Shown piece after piece: positions 17,414-30,177 of a DNA stretch of 64,000 bases. The notes beneath the pieces were generated by a model. The model did no database searches. It was not told the DNA's origin and was given only the letters and a program-made list of their open reading frames with translations. The DNA is taken from NCBI RefSeq assembly GCF_009914755.1, contig NC_060925.1. One strand, 5' to 3'. The position numbers and the translations under genes are program-made. Positions within the stretch are counted from its first letter, which is position 1; each line of letters starts with the position of its first letter. This DNA comes from the human T2T-CHM13v2.0 reference genome, Homo sapiens.

Positions 17414-19115
17414 AGAGAAGTGGCTGCTAGGATAGCCAGGCTAATGAGCTGGGGACTAGCATCCATGCCCCTGTCCCCAGTAGAACCCCCTCACCCTGGC
17501 TTGGCCAAGGGGATGAGGCAGGAGGCCTTGGCATTTGCCTTGGGAGATCCCTGCCCAGAGGTATAGTGGCGGCCATGGGCTCAGGAAGCAGCTGCTAGCT
17601 CCCCCATCCCATACACTGCCAGCTGCCCGTCGGGGGCCTGCCCACCAGATGCATAATAGATGAGGAGGCCCAGCGGGCTGTGCCTGCTTGGCATTTCAGA
17701 GCCACTAATGAGGCCAGCCTTGTGCTTCCTGCAGCAGCACACAGGCCCCAGGGCCTCTGGCTCAGTGACTGCCATAAGGAGCCACCTGAGGACAGGGCCA
17801 CCCACCCCAGCCCACCACTCAGCACAAGCAGCATCCAGGAGATCGAGGGCTAAAGGCATGGGCTCAGAGTGGCATTACTGTCAGTCTTGGTTCACCCCTC
17901 ACTGACTGCATGCCCCTGGGCCACCACTTCCCCTCTCTGAGCGTCAGTTCCCTCATCTGTAAAATGGGGATGGACAGTAGTAAGGGACAAACAGTCATCT
18001 GTAAGGCTGGTGTCAGGATGGAATGAAATGATTCAGGGGAAGTGCTGGGCCCAGGGCCTGGGATACAGGAAGTGCTCCATATATGGGAGAGACTGGTACC
18101 AATTCTGTCAAGAGGAAACATCTCAGCACCCAGATGGGCCTTCCCAGCAGGACACATGGACTGAGCAGTGACTCCCGTTTGGGTGGCATTCAGGGCTACA
18201 TCACTCCCCGCTCCTCCCTTAACTCATAACCAAGACCTTCCCCATTTCTGCAGCTTCACTGTCTCTGACCTAGGTCCCTTCCTCAGCAGAAGAGCTGGAT
18301 TCAAATCCAGCCTTCACCAGCTGTGACTTTGAGCCAGAGCCTCCACCACTCTCAGTCCTGGTTTTGGCCTCTAAACTGGCAACAACAGGCCAAATTGCAG
18401 GACTGATGCCATGATTTAATGAGACCTTCAGAGTAAAATGCCTGGCATGCTGTCAGCTCTTAATCCTTTCTGGGTTCTGCCTCCACCTCCCAGGCTCCTA
18501 GTTTTAAGGCCAAAGTTGACTCTCCTCTTCCCAGAGGTATTTTCAGAACGCTCCTACCTTGCACAAGTCCACTTGACCATTCCTCTACCCTGACACCTCT
18601 CTACCTCCCACCATCCATTTGAATACACTTTAAATGTCCAGCCCCCATTCTAGGATATCTGGGTCCCTTAGGGCTGCATAATCAGTCACCCACTGTCCCA
18701 CTGGCTCCCAACCCTCACACTGGGCCTCCTTCCTCTTGCATCTGCACACCTACTCTGAGGTCCTCCACTGCAGACAACCTGCTGAGAGGGGTTAGGGATG
18801 TGTAGGGGAACTCAGCCATGATCACATCTGGCCTCTACCAGGACTCACTGCTCCTTTAATCCAAGTCCTAACCTCTTAATCCTGTTTTGTAAAGGGGTGG
18901 GGGAAAATCACCTCCTCTAGGAAGCCTTCCCAGCCTACTGACAAGGTTTTACTTATTCCCCTCCCTGAACACACTCAATTCAATTCCACAAGCATTAAGC
19001 ATTTATGGGCATGGTAGTTGCACAAGACCATGTGGAGGACAGAGACATGAGAAAAGTACAGCCTGGCCTTTATGGGAGAAAGTGGGGGCTAAGTTGAGCT
19101 CAAATGTGACTCAAT

Positions 19116-19375
19116 GGGAGGCCGAGATGGGAGGATCACTTGAGCTCAGGAGTTCGAGACCTGACTGGCCAACATGGTGAGACCTTGTCTCTACTAAAAA
19201 TACAAAAATAATTACCCAGGAGTGATGGCATGCACCTGCGGTCCCAACTACTCAGGAGGCTGAGGCAAGAGATTCACTTGAACCCAGGAGGTGGAGGTTG
19301 CAGTGAGCCGAGACTGCCCAACTACACTACAGCCTGGGCGACAGAGTGAGACCCTGTCTCCAAAAAAACAAAAAG
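19116..19375 (+). mobile_element. 5'-truncated Alu
   Basis: Begins at gggaggccgag. Confidence 0.85.
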
Positions 19376-21659
19376 CGACCAAGCACCTCTCCTTTCAAGG
19401 AGTTCAGAGCCTGCTTTGCACTGCAGGGTTATGTGAACACATGCAGCTCACCTGAAGTCAGCTCCCGGAAATGCCCTATTCAACAAGCACATGTTGAGCA
19501 CCAAGTGCAGCCCAGAGAGGGAAAATGACTTGCCAAAGTCACACAACTAGAATGTGGCAGAGGCAGATTCAAGTCCACACCTGTCAGACTCAAGTCCACA
19601 CCTGCCATGCTCTTTCCCCTACCCCAGGAACATTCACGAATGCATGCTCTGTAGCAGCAGAGGAGGCATTCTAAAGAGGGAATGGGGGTGTGGGGATCAA
19701 GAAAGAAAACACCCAACAAATGGTGACAAAGTTGGGCTGGAGGTGTGGCGAGGGCCTGTGGAAATGGAAGTGGAGGGACATCAAGGGGAGGTGATGCTGA
19801 CTGGGCCATGTTCCCGTTGATCAGAAACACAGAGCACGGGAGAAGCAAGCCCCAAACTAGAAAAGGAGGTGGAGACAGCCCTTGAATGCCAGGAGATCAT
19901 GATTAATGGTCAAAATGGCCACCACTGACGCATGGGCTGGAGTTAAGCGATGGCCTTTGGCAGCTGGGAAGGGAGGGCCTAGGGTTAGCACCTTGGACAG
20001 CGGCTCCAGCTAGGCGAGCACGGGCAAGGCATTTTGGGTAATGGGGCGTGTCCTGGGGAATGGCCGATCTTTACTTGATAGACGGGTCAACTGAAGCCCA
20101 GAGAGGGGATGGGACTCGCCCAAAGTCACACAGCTGGCCAGTTACAATCAGTCCTGGGCCCTCGTCTCTAACTCTTGGCTTAGGGCTCCCTGGGGTGGGC
20201 CTTCTGGGTGGCCCCTGTCTCTGAGTCTTCCCTCAAGCGCATCCTTCGTTCAGACCCTCCCTGTGGCCTGGTGGCCCTGGGACAGAGTAGGCGAGGTTTT
20301 GGGCTCTGCACAGAGTCTGGAAGATCAAGGTTCAAATCCCAACTGCTTGTGTGACCTTGGGCAACTCATTTCCCCACTCCGGGCTTCATTGTTCTCATCT
20401 GTAATTAGAGATAATAGTCCCTAACTCTGAGGTGTGGCCAGAGTTACATGAGATAACACATGTCAGGCGTCTACTACAGTACCCAGTGCATAGCAGGTGC
20501 CCAACAAGTGGCAGTTGTCAGTGGTGTTATTACTGAACTCCCTGAAGGAAAGGATGGCATCTTCCTCACCTCTGCTTTTATCCCCCCTCAGTCTACCCCT
20601 GCTCTGAGCATAGCACACCATCTTGCAGAAGGAGGGGCTCAAATGGACTAGGCACAGCAGCAGGAGATGATGCCCAGAAAGGGAGAGGAAGCAGCCTGAG
20701 GTTGCATGGAGAGCATCAAAGGGAAATAGAAAGGCAGGCTGGGAGCTTAGCTGAGGCACCCTGTGTGCCTCCCACCCCAGGCCTGGCTTCCCAGGAGGGC
20801 TCTGCGGGGACGATGGTGCCAGATGGGAGTCGCCCAGCAGCTGGGGGGTACTGCAGGACCCACGGACCCCAGACAGCCCTGAGCAGGGGCAGGAAGCAGC
20901 AGCCAGAGCCGTCGGGGGGCTCTCCTGCTGGAGGTGAAGCAGCAGCAGGAGCAGCCAGCCAGGCCCACGTGATGCTGATGCCAGGGAAGCCCGGAGGCAC
21001 CTGCCTGCTGGGGCATCAGGGTGCCACGATGTATCCCGAGGTGAGGCTGCACCTCCACCCATTGCCTCTTGGTGTTGAGAAGCTGCACATACAGTTGCCT
21101 CGTTCCCTCCTCCTCCAAAGAGAGGGCAGCCCCAGACACAGGAAATATGGGAGGAAGGGGTTCTGAGGGCTGTCGGGGGGAGTAACTAGAGGATTTGGGG
21201 GTCAGTAAAGGCTAAGGGAGCCCCAGCCCAGCGAGGGGCCACCCTGAGGTGGGAAGAAATAGAGAAGAAAAAAAAGGAAGGAAGCATTTAAGCAAAAAGG
21301 GCCTAAAATATGCCAGGGCCAGTTTTTGTTTTTGTTCTTTTTACCTTACACCCTATGAATAGGCATTTTAATCCCCATTTCACAGATGAGAAAATTGAGG
21401 TTCAGAGACATTAAGGAATTGCTGAAGTTCACACAGGCAGTGGCAGAGTGAAGATGTAAACCTGCTTTGCCTGCCTCCAAGGCTCTCTAAAAAAGTACTC
21501 TGGGGACAGTAAGAGGGTCTGCCCACCCCCTTGCCCTGAGAGGATGGTTGGAAGCTTGGTAAGGTCTGGCCTGGCATCGCAGGGGTAGGAATGGATTGGG
21601 GGTATCTGCAGGGACCAGCCAAGGAAACCCAGGCCCTCCTGAGAGTCCCCAGTACTCAC

Positions 21660-21695
21660 CACACACTCCGGCGAGAAGTGAAGGACTTGTCCACC
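21660..21695 (-). CDS. RAP1GAP: RAP1GAP shared 36-nt exon: (G)VDKSFTSRRSV(W); coding after exon 1b, nominally UTR after exon 1a
   Basis: cttgttgtgtttcag acceptor and gtgagt donor; in frame with exon 1b. Confidence 0.9.
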
Positions 21696-23589
21696 CTGAA
21701 ACACAACAAGAGGGGCCATAGGTGAGGGGACATCCCTTCTCACCAGCTTGGCCCAGCATATCACACCCACCTGCACTGCACCACCCTCCCAGAGGGGCTG
21801 GAGAAGGTCCTGTTTCTAAGGATGCCTGATGCAGTCACTATCACCCTTAGGCTGCAGTCGCCTGACTGTCAGATTAGGGACATGGGAAGGCATAGGGGTT
21901 AAAGAGCCAGGAAAAGAGGCAGGACTGGGGGCAGTGGGGCAGGGGGCAGGGCTGTGGGGTGTTAGCAGGGGTGGGGGGACAGGTGGAGTAGGACAGTGAC
22001 TACAGCAGCTTGGATCATGGCAAGGATGTAGGGGTGCGGCTGGGGCTAGCTTAGAGCCTTTCTAGGCAGGATGGAAGTTTGCTGGATATCTATGGTTTAT
22101 GGTGGGCAGAAAGAACATCACCCCCAAGGCCCGTAGCCTGCCTCAATCCTGAAGCTGTTCACTCATATCCACCCAGGAAGCAAATGTCTGCGAATCTGGG
22201 AGGAGATCTAGGAGGAGCTTCCCCCCACCCTCACCCCAACACACGTACCCTGCTCCCTAAGACTTCAGGGGTACCCCAGACTTTGTCTCCCCCAAATCCA
22301 CCCAGATCCAGCCCCAGGACGCATGTGTGGGTAGCACTCCCGCCCCGCCCGGATTCTCCTACTGCCCTCTGAGGGCACCTTGGTGCCGCTGGGGGCAGGG
22401 GCTGAGCAGCTGTTGGGACAACAAACAACTCGCCTCCTGCCCAGAGGTAAGAAGGGGATGAGGAGGGAGCCCAGCCCAACTCTGCCAGCAAGAGGACGTC
22501 CTCCGCAGGGCAGGGCTGGGGGCTCCCAGGGACAGCTGATGGGGAAGGCCGACTCTGCAGACAGTGAGGTCAGAGAAGCCAGGACTTGCCCAAGGTCATA
22601 GAACAGGACCCAGCCTGTGAGCTGCCCGTGTTGGCTGGCCAGGAAGCTCAGGGCCTAGCCCAGGCTCCTCTCATCACCTGACAGCTAGCAAGACCCCATA
22701 TGGAAGGGTAGCCTCTGGCCTCCCACCCCACCCCACCCTCTGCTGGGGTCACCTCAGAAGTTGAGCGTCCACAAGGGGAAGGCAGCTTGGACACAATCCC
22801 CATAGCTCAGAGAACACTGACCATGCCCACACACAAGCCCCAGCGCTCCACACCCCAAGGTGGGTCCCATGGGTCCCTATGACCACTGGGAGGTAGGGCC
22901 TGGTGAAGGTCATGGAGCCGCTTGTCTGGCTGGGCAGGGGCTCTGAGCCCACTCTGTCTAACCCATCGTCCCTCCAATTTGCCAAATCTCCGCAACAGGC
23001 ATAAATCCCCATCCCACCTCTGCACCCCTTGACCCCAAGATGAACCTGCTGCCACTCTGACCTCCTCCAGGCCTCCAAGCCCAGGCAGCCAGTGGCCCAG
23101 GGAGGAGGAGGTTCCTGAGAGCCAGGATGCAGGAAGGAGGGCAGCCTGGTGCCCAGGGTGGGCAGGACCTGCTAAGGGCTTCTAGAGTCCCTTTATCCAG
23201 AGCGTCACTGAGGGGCCCAACAGCTGCAGAGGCAAAGTGGGAGGTCCAGCAGAACCTCCCCCTGACCTGCCTGCCCCTACTCCCACATACCTATACATGT
23301 GAGCAGTTGCGCACACACGCATGCACACACACGCGCGCACACACAGGCGGAGTAGCCCCGCAGCCCCAGTCACATGCATAAGCGCCACTATCATGTGCTT
23401 AGACACAAACACAGCAATGTCCACCCTGCACTCACCTCCCCACACATGCACATGGACACGCAATGGGAACACACACAGACACAGAAACAGAAACACACAC
23501 ACACAGGCGCCACAGCACGACAGCCATGCGCGCACTGAGGTCAAACGCTCAGCCCCCACAGCAGTCATAGCCCAGGCCCACCCGCCCAA

Positions 23590-24300
23590 ACGCGAGCACA
23601 CCCCGCACGGGCTCCCCCCCACGCGTGCACACGCACACGCGCGCACGCGCCCCGCCCCGCGCCGCGCCACGCCCTACCCGCCGTAGGCCCCGAAGGTGAA
23701 GCTGCGCTTCCGGCCGCTCATGGTGCCGCCGCCGCCGCCCGGCCCGGCCCGCGCGAGCCGGAGCCGCCTTCCCGCGCCCGGGTCACCTTGGCAACGCGGC
23801 CGCCCCGCCCCCGCCCCCGCCCCAGCTCGGATACGTCCGCGCCCCAGCGGGCCGCGGTCCAGCTGCCGGGGGCCGCCGGCGCAGAAAGGGCCGCTTGTTC
23901 GCGCCGCCCTGGGCCGGCCGGGCGGGGGCTTCGCGGGACTTTCCGAGCCGGGCCCAGCCGGGCGGGGATTGCGGGGCCCGGGGCCCGGGGCAGCCCCTCC
24001 CCCACCCCCTTCCCGGCCGCCGCCCCCCGTCCAGGCCGCAGACCCTCTGTTGGGGGGACGCCCTCCTCCCGCCCCCTCGAGCCGCCGCGCTCCTCGGCGG
24101 ATCCGTCCCCATCATCACGAGCTGGGAGCTCCCTCCCAGAAGCCTGGGTCTGCACGGCGGGCATGTCCCGCCCCTCCCTGTCCCTCGACTTTCTCATCTG
24201 TAAAGTGGGATTCCTCCCGCCGGCCTCCTAGGACCTGGGGATGACGAAATGAGTTCACGCACGTAAAGCGCTCGGCCCAGGCCCTGGCGTACAGCAGATG
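23590..24300. promoter_or_regulatory. CpG island / alternative RAP1GAP promoter, with an RFX X-box (23782-23795) and tandem GC boxes (23800-23823)
   Basis: Dense CpG; GTCACCTTGGCAAC; ccgccccgcccccgcccccgcccc. Confidence 0.82.
23678..23721 (-). CDS. RAP1GAP: RAP1GAP alternative coding first exon (exon 1b): MSGRKRSFTFGAYG+GG
   Basis: ATG at 23721 in context ggcaccATGA (A at -3), donor GG|gtaggg, phase 2 matching the 36-nt exon. Matches the long RAP1GAP isoform N-terminus as I recall it. Confidence 0.88.
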
Positions 24301-25442
24301 CTTAATAAATGCCGGGTACAAGAGTTCCGCAGGGGGACAGCGTTCTACCCTTCCCGCGAACGAATGAGTGAATGAACAGAGCCTCCAATAGCCCCTCCTT
24401 GCCCACCTGTCTCCCCTTCTCCCAGGAGTCCCCTTCCCCTTTGCCCTGGTGAGGAGGAAGAGCAAAGGGGAGGAGTGGAGACGCCCCCCTCCACTCCCCT
24501 CTTGAAAAGTCATGCAGTCCAGGTCCCAACCTTTAGAGGGAACTGGGCTCTGAGTTCTGCAGCAGGTACTCATTCGCTCACTAAACACTCCAAGTCGCTC
24601 TTCTGCACCCAGCTCGCCCAGAGCTCACAGTCCAGTGCTCTTCCTCAGAGTAAGCTGTTTCCCCCACCCAAGTGGAGCTGTGTCAGCAGACACCGGGTTA
24701 CTAGCCCTGACCCCAGAGCACACTGCCCTCCAGCCCAACACCCAGTCTTCCCCCCATAGAGGGAGAGATCCTTCCCCCAGGCCCTGCACCCAAGGAGGCC
24801 CCCACAGTCTCAAGGTTTGCTATGGGATTTTCTGTTTAAACAAACTGCAGGGCACAGATGCAGCCGGGGATGAGGGAGGAAGGATGACCAAGGGCACAAG
24901 GACAGGGCAGCAGGGATTCTGCAGACGCCTTTCCGGAGCTGTTCCACCTGGGACCCGGGCCTGGGCTTGGTGAGCTCCAGCATCCCCTGGGAAATGACGA
25001 GTCTGGGTACCAGGGTCTACGGTTTGTCTCACCTAGGCAGGGTAAGTGGCGCTGCAGTTTCCCCATTTTAGACACGAAGAAATTGAGATCCTCTCTCACA
25101 CCAATTACTTCTCTCTTGGGGATCTGCCCTCAGCCCCCTCTCGGCTCCCACCTGGGACCTCTTCTCTGCACATTCTGGTGGGTGCAGGAGCCCTCAAGAG
25201 CCCCTTGCAGGGTTCAGAGCCTGGACAGGGCAAACATTATTTCCTCATTCCTAGAACTATGTCCCTTGGTTTTCAGTCCTCAGAGGAGGGTGTGGCTTCC
25301 CCTTGCAAGGTGCTCTGGAGCCTGGACTGGGCCCCTTCTGCTCTGGGCAGTGCTGTAGAGTCCTGGGGGGAGGAATCACACCAGGGCAGGCTCCTGAGGG
25401 GTGGGTCCTGAGAGCACTGAAGTTTGCCTGAGAAGGGAGGAA

Positions 25443-25591
25443 CTTCCTTCCTTCCTTCCTTCCTTCCTTCCTTCCTTCCTTCCTTCCTTCCTCCCTCCCT
25501 CCCTCCCTCCTTCCTAAGTAGTAGCAGCAACAACCTTCCTCCCTCCCTTCCTCCCTCCCTCCTTCCTAAGTAGTAGCAGCAGCAGCAGCAG
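25443..25591. repeat. Compound microsatellite: (CTTC)12, (CCCT)n, duplicated cctaagtagtagcagca unit, short (CAG)n
   Basis: Seen directly. Confidence 0.92.
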
Positions 25592-26449
25592 GGCCTCTCA
25601 GAGAGGTGGGAGGCGGTTGGGGCAGAGGACTGAAGAGCTAGGCCTGGGCTATGAGGATGTGCACAGTGCTTGGGCTGGGGCCTGGACTCCAGCCACATCT
25701 GGGCTGCTGCATCCCCTTCGACATGGACCTGTACCTCGCCAGTCTTTTCAGTGGGAATGATTCCTGAGTGGTTTCTGCATGCCCAGTTGGCAGAGTAGCC
25801 AAGGGGCCGCCAACGTGGCAAGTTTCCCAGCCAGGCCTGGCCCCCGGGAGGCCCCACTGGTACTGGGACAGTGGGCCCTTGAGAGGGGCCATGGGGGCTG
25901 AAGGGTTCCCACCGAAGACAAAGAGCCCAGTGTGGGCTCCAGCCTCTCTGCTCTGACCAGCTGCAGCTGCCTCATTGGCAAGGGATGGGGGTGGGGGTGG
26001 GAGTGGGGGTGGTTAGTGGGGGGTCACGTTCCCTTGGCCAGGGTTGCAGCAGGACAGTCCCTGACCAGCTCCTGGTCCTTTGGTGACGGCTGAATTTAAA
26101 TGCATCCTGTTAACCTGCAAGACCACTTCCAAGAATTTATCTTCTGCATCATAGCATGTGAGCCTGTAGATGAATGGCAAGGACAATGGACATTGAGGCA
26201 TGTGCTTATATCCTCACCGTTGAAGGCTAAAATCTCAGCTCTCCCGCTTGTCACCTGTGCGACCTTGGTCAAGTTACTTAAGCTTTCTGAGCCTCAGTTT
26301 TTTCATCTGCAAGATGGGATTTATGATGAAAATAACCGTATCTACTTCAAAGGGTTTTGCCAAGGATTACATAAGTTACTAATGATAAAGCACTGAGAAG
26401 AGTAGAGTATTTGTCACTTAACATGTGTTTGTTAAGTAAAACATTTGCT

Positions 26450-27097
<648 letters not shown>

Positions 27098-28046
27098 CTA
27101 AACTATATGAAGTTGCCATTTTTGTAGGGCTAGCAAAGATTTATTAGTAAGAATTCTAAAACTAAATGGCCACCCAGAGGAAATTTGATAAATTATGGTC
27201 CATGTATGCTATGCGGTGCCATGCAGCTATGGGACAGACTGGGGAAGATCTGTGTGTGGGCATGTGGAACAGCCTCCAGGACTGACACACACACACAGAG
27301 GCAGTGTGACAGGGACCAGGGCTGGACCAGGCTCTGATGCTTCCTAGCTGTGTGATGTCAAACACATTAGTAACATCCCATGACACTGGCCTCACTGGCC
27401 CACTGTGACAGGGACATCACTGCTCCGCAGTCAGCACGGGGTGCTTGCTGACTGGCACTGGGAAGTCACTGCCATCGTTGAAGGAGTTTGAGCCCCCTTC
27501 TTCCTTGGCCTCCAGCCTCTCTAGAAAACAGTGCCAGGCTGCTTTCCAGGGTCCAGGCCCTCCCTCTGAGAGGAAGCCTCCCCTTTGGGCCTCCTAGATT
27601 TGTACCCAAGTTGTTCAAACAGCTGCCAGACTGTAGAGGAAGAGAGAAGAGCACCGGGTGGAGGGTTGCAGAGCTGCCTTTCCAAGTTCACCTCTTGTTG
27701 AACTCTGGGTGTTCCACCTACCTACCTCCAGCTCCCCCTTTCCAGGGAGATGGAAGGGGAGAGGGAGGAGCAAACCCTGGGAAGATCTCAGGTCTGGGCT
27801 CTAGGTGGGGCTGGTGGAGCCAACACTTGCCAGGGCCTCCAATAGCCTCCTCCCCTCCCCGAGTCATACTCATTCAGGATATCTGCCCCAGGCCTCTTGG
27901 GCAGGAGAGGAGGCGTCTGGGCTTCCTGCCCTGGCCCAGGCAGCCTCTTGTGTGGCTTTGCATTAATCAGTTTTCCTCGCTGGGCCTCAGTTTGCTCATA
28001 TGTTAAACCCCTATTCTCACTTTGCTGGGTTAAAGACCTAACAGTG

Positions 28047-28345
28047 GGCTGGGCGCGGTGGCTCACGCCTGTGATCCCAGCATTTTGGGAGGCTGAGGCA
28101 GGTGAATCATGAGGTCAGGAGTTCGAGATCAGCCTGATCAACATGGTGAAACCCCGTCTCTATTAAAAATACAAAAATTAGCTGGGCGTGGTGGCACCCA
28201 GCTACTCAGGAGGCTGAGGCAGGAGAATCGCTTGAACCCAGGAGGCAGAAGTTGCAGTGACCAAAGATCACACCACTGCACTGCAGCCTGGGTGACATAG
28301 CAAGACTCCATCTAAAAAAAAAAAAAAAAAAAACAAAACAAAAAA
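28047..28345 (+). mobile_element. Alu
   Basis: Alu consensus; flanking aaagacctaaca repeat. Confidence 0.9.
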
Positions 28346-28832
28346 AGACCTAACAACGGAAAGATACATTTGCCTTGAGAGAATTCTGCTAGCTCTGAAA
28401 GTATCATTATCCTTACTTTGCCTGTGGCCTTTCTAGCCAAGCCACACCAACCCAATCCCAGGAAGCTTCTGGAAAAAGAGTCTCCTGGGGGTTCCCCAGC
28501 CCCTGGGAAGGGAGGGAAGAGTGGGTGTGACTTGGCTCACAGCCCTTCCCTAGGCAGCTGGCCAGTGAGGTTACTGAGCCAGCCTCTGCCCTGGCTCTGA
28601 GACTCCTGCTCTATTCAATGGGTTTCTGAAACCCCTGCCTACTTAAAGGGACCCCATCAGGGACCAGGAAAATCTGGCCTGGCCAGAATACCTGCCCCCA
28701 CTCAGGCCCTACCCCTGAGGATGTGTTTCTCATCTCCATGCAGATCATGTGGCTTGAAAGGCCCTGGAAGCAAAGCCCTTCTGGAGGCAGCACCCAGGTG
28801 TACGGTCTTTCATTCCTTCCCCCATTCATTCA

Positions 28833-28892
28833 GTATTGAGCACCCACTGTGTGGCTGACACTGTATTGAGCACCCACTGTGTGGCTGACACT
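28833..28892. repeat. Perfect 30-bp tandem duplication
   Basis: gtattgagcacccactgtgtggctgacact x2. Confidence 0.95.
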
Positions 28893-29857
28893 ATTCAGAC
28901 ACTGGCGATAGAGTCTGAACAAGACAGACAAGGTCTCTGGTAGACCTGTGTGCACAACTGCACACAAACTTTCCCAGGTCACACATGCACTTGGCCTAGT
29001 ACCGTGCCACGCACATGCAAAGAGTCATCTAACTCATGCCTGTAGAGATCACATCAAGATCAAATGCATGCAGACAGGCTCACATGAACATCAGCCCCCA
29101 TGCTGCAAACCCACAAGTACGTGCACATGCAAAGGTCAACTCCAGCTCCCACCCTTAGGTCCCCCATCAGTGCACATGCACCTACTGACTCCGGCTGCGT
29201 TAGTACATGCATGTAAATACACACTGATGACAGCACATACAGGCACAGGAATCTCAGGCCCACACATCCTTACTCAAATCACATTATTTATGTTCATACA
29301 ATATACACAGACAGATGTGTACACACCTCACAAACACGCATGGAGCATCCAGCTAACTACTGGGAAGAAATAAAGGTAGGAGACAGAATGGCTCTTTGGG
29401 GGTCAGAGAAGAGTGCAATTGCTGCATCTCCAGGATTGCAGAGTGGAGGCCAAGACACCTCTCATGTATTACAGGCTGGTGTCTAGCCGGCCAGCCCCCA
29501 TCTCCTACCTCCACTGCTATGGGCGTGGCCCTCCCAGCCCATTTTCGGGGCAGTTGGACAAAGCTGGGAGACTGCTTGAGGCCCAGAGCTCCCCTCAGGA
29601 AGCTGGGCTGGTGGAGTCCTGACCTGGGGAGACCTGCCTGTGGCCCCAGCTCTGCTGGCAACCCACCATTTCTCATCACAAGTGCCTTCCCACTTCTGGC
29701 CTCTGCTGGTTCATCTATAATGGGGGGAGAGAGTTTCCCAACAGTTCCTTATGATACCACCCTCCCAGGAGGCCAACCAGTCTGGGACTCTGAGAGCCCC
29801 TCTCCACCCCGACAAGGCCCTCATTGAGGCAGTGGCTCTCAACAAGGGTGGCTCTGC

Positions 29858-29871
29858 CCCCCAGAGGGCGC
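29858..29871 (+). promoter_or_regulatory. CTCF core motif candidate
   Basis: CCCCCAGAGGGCGC matches 13/14 positions of CCASYAGRKGGCRS. Confidence 0.45.
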
Positions 29872-30177
29872 CAGGGTGGTTTCAGTCCTCAGAAATGACG
29901 GGGTCGCCACTGTCATTCAGTGGGTGGGGGACAGGAAAGCTACGCTGGTGAGAGTCCCACTTCAGGAGATTTGTTGTTCATCAGATATCCTCCTAGATAT
30001 TCAAGTGGGTAAAAAGCCCGGGTAACCCATCCTAGAACCTAACTCTGGTTTACAAATGAATATTTTTTGGTGTGGCTTTAATCCATAATACATTTTTCAA
30101 AGGTGCAGCTACTGAAGTCATTCTGAACTAGAGGTCAGGTACAGCGACATGACTTTCTGCTCTTAAATCTAAGGGTA

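Noticed and set aside
20463-21166. Overlapping 130-199 aa ORFs on both strands near the 36-nt exon
   Set aside because: No clear splice sites or homology I can recognise; consistent with GC-rich chance ORFs.
28833-28892. 30-bp direct repeat as a CRISPR-like array
   Set aside because: Only two adjacent copies, no spacers, eukaryotic context.
28940-29345. CA/CATG-rich low-complexity stretch (and the TG-rich stretch at ~38660-39070)
   Set aside because: No stable period; looks like decayed simple repeat.
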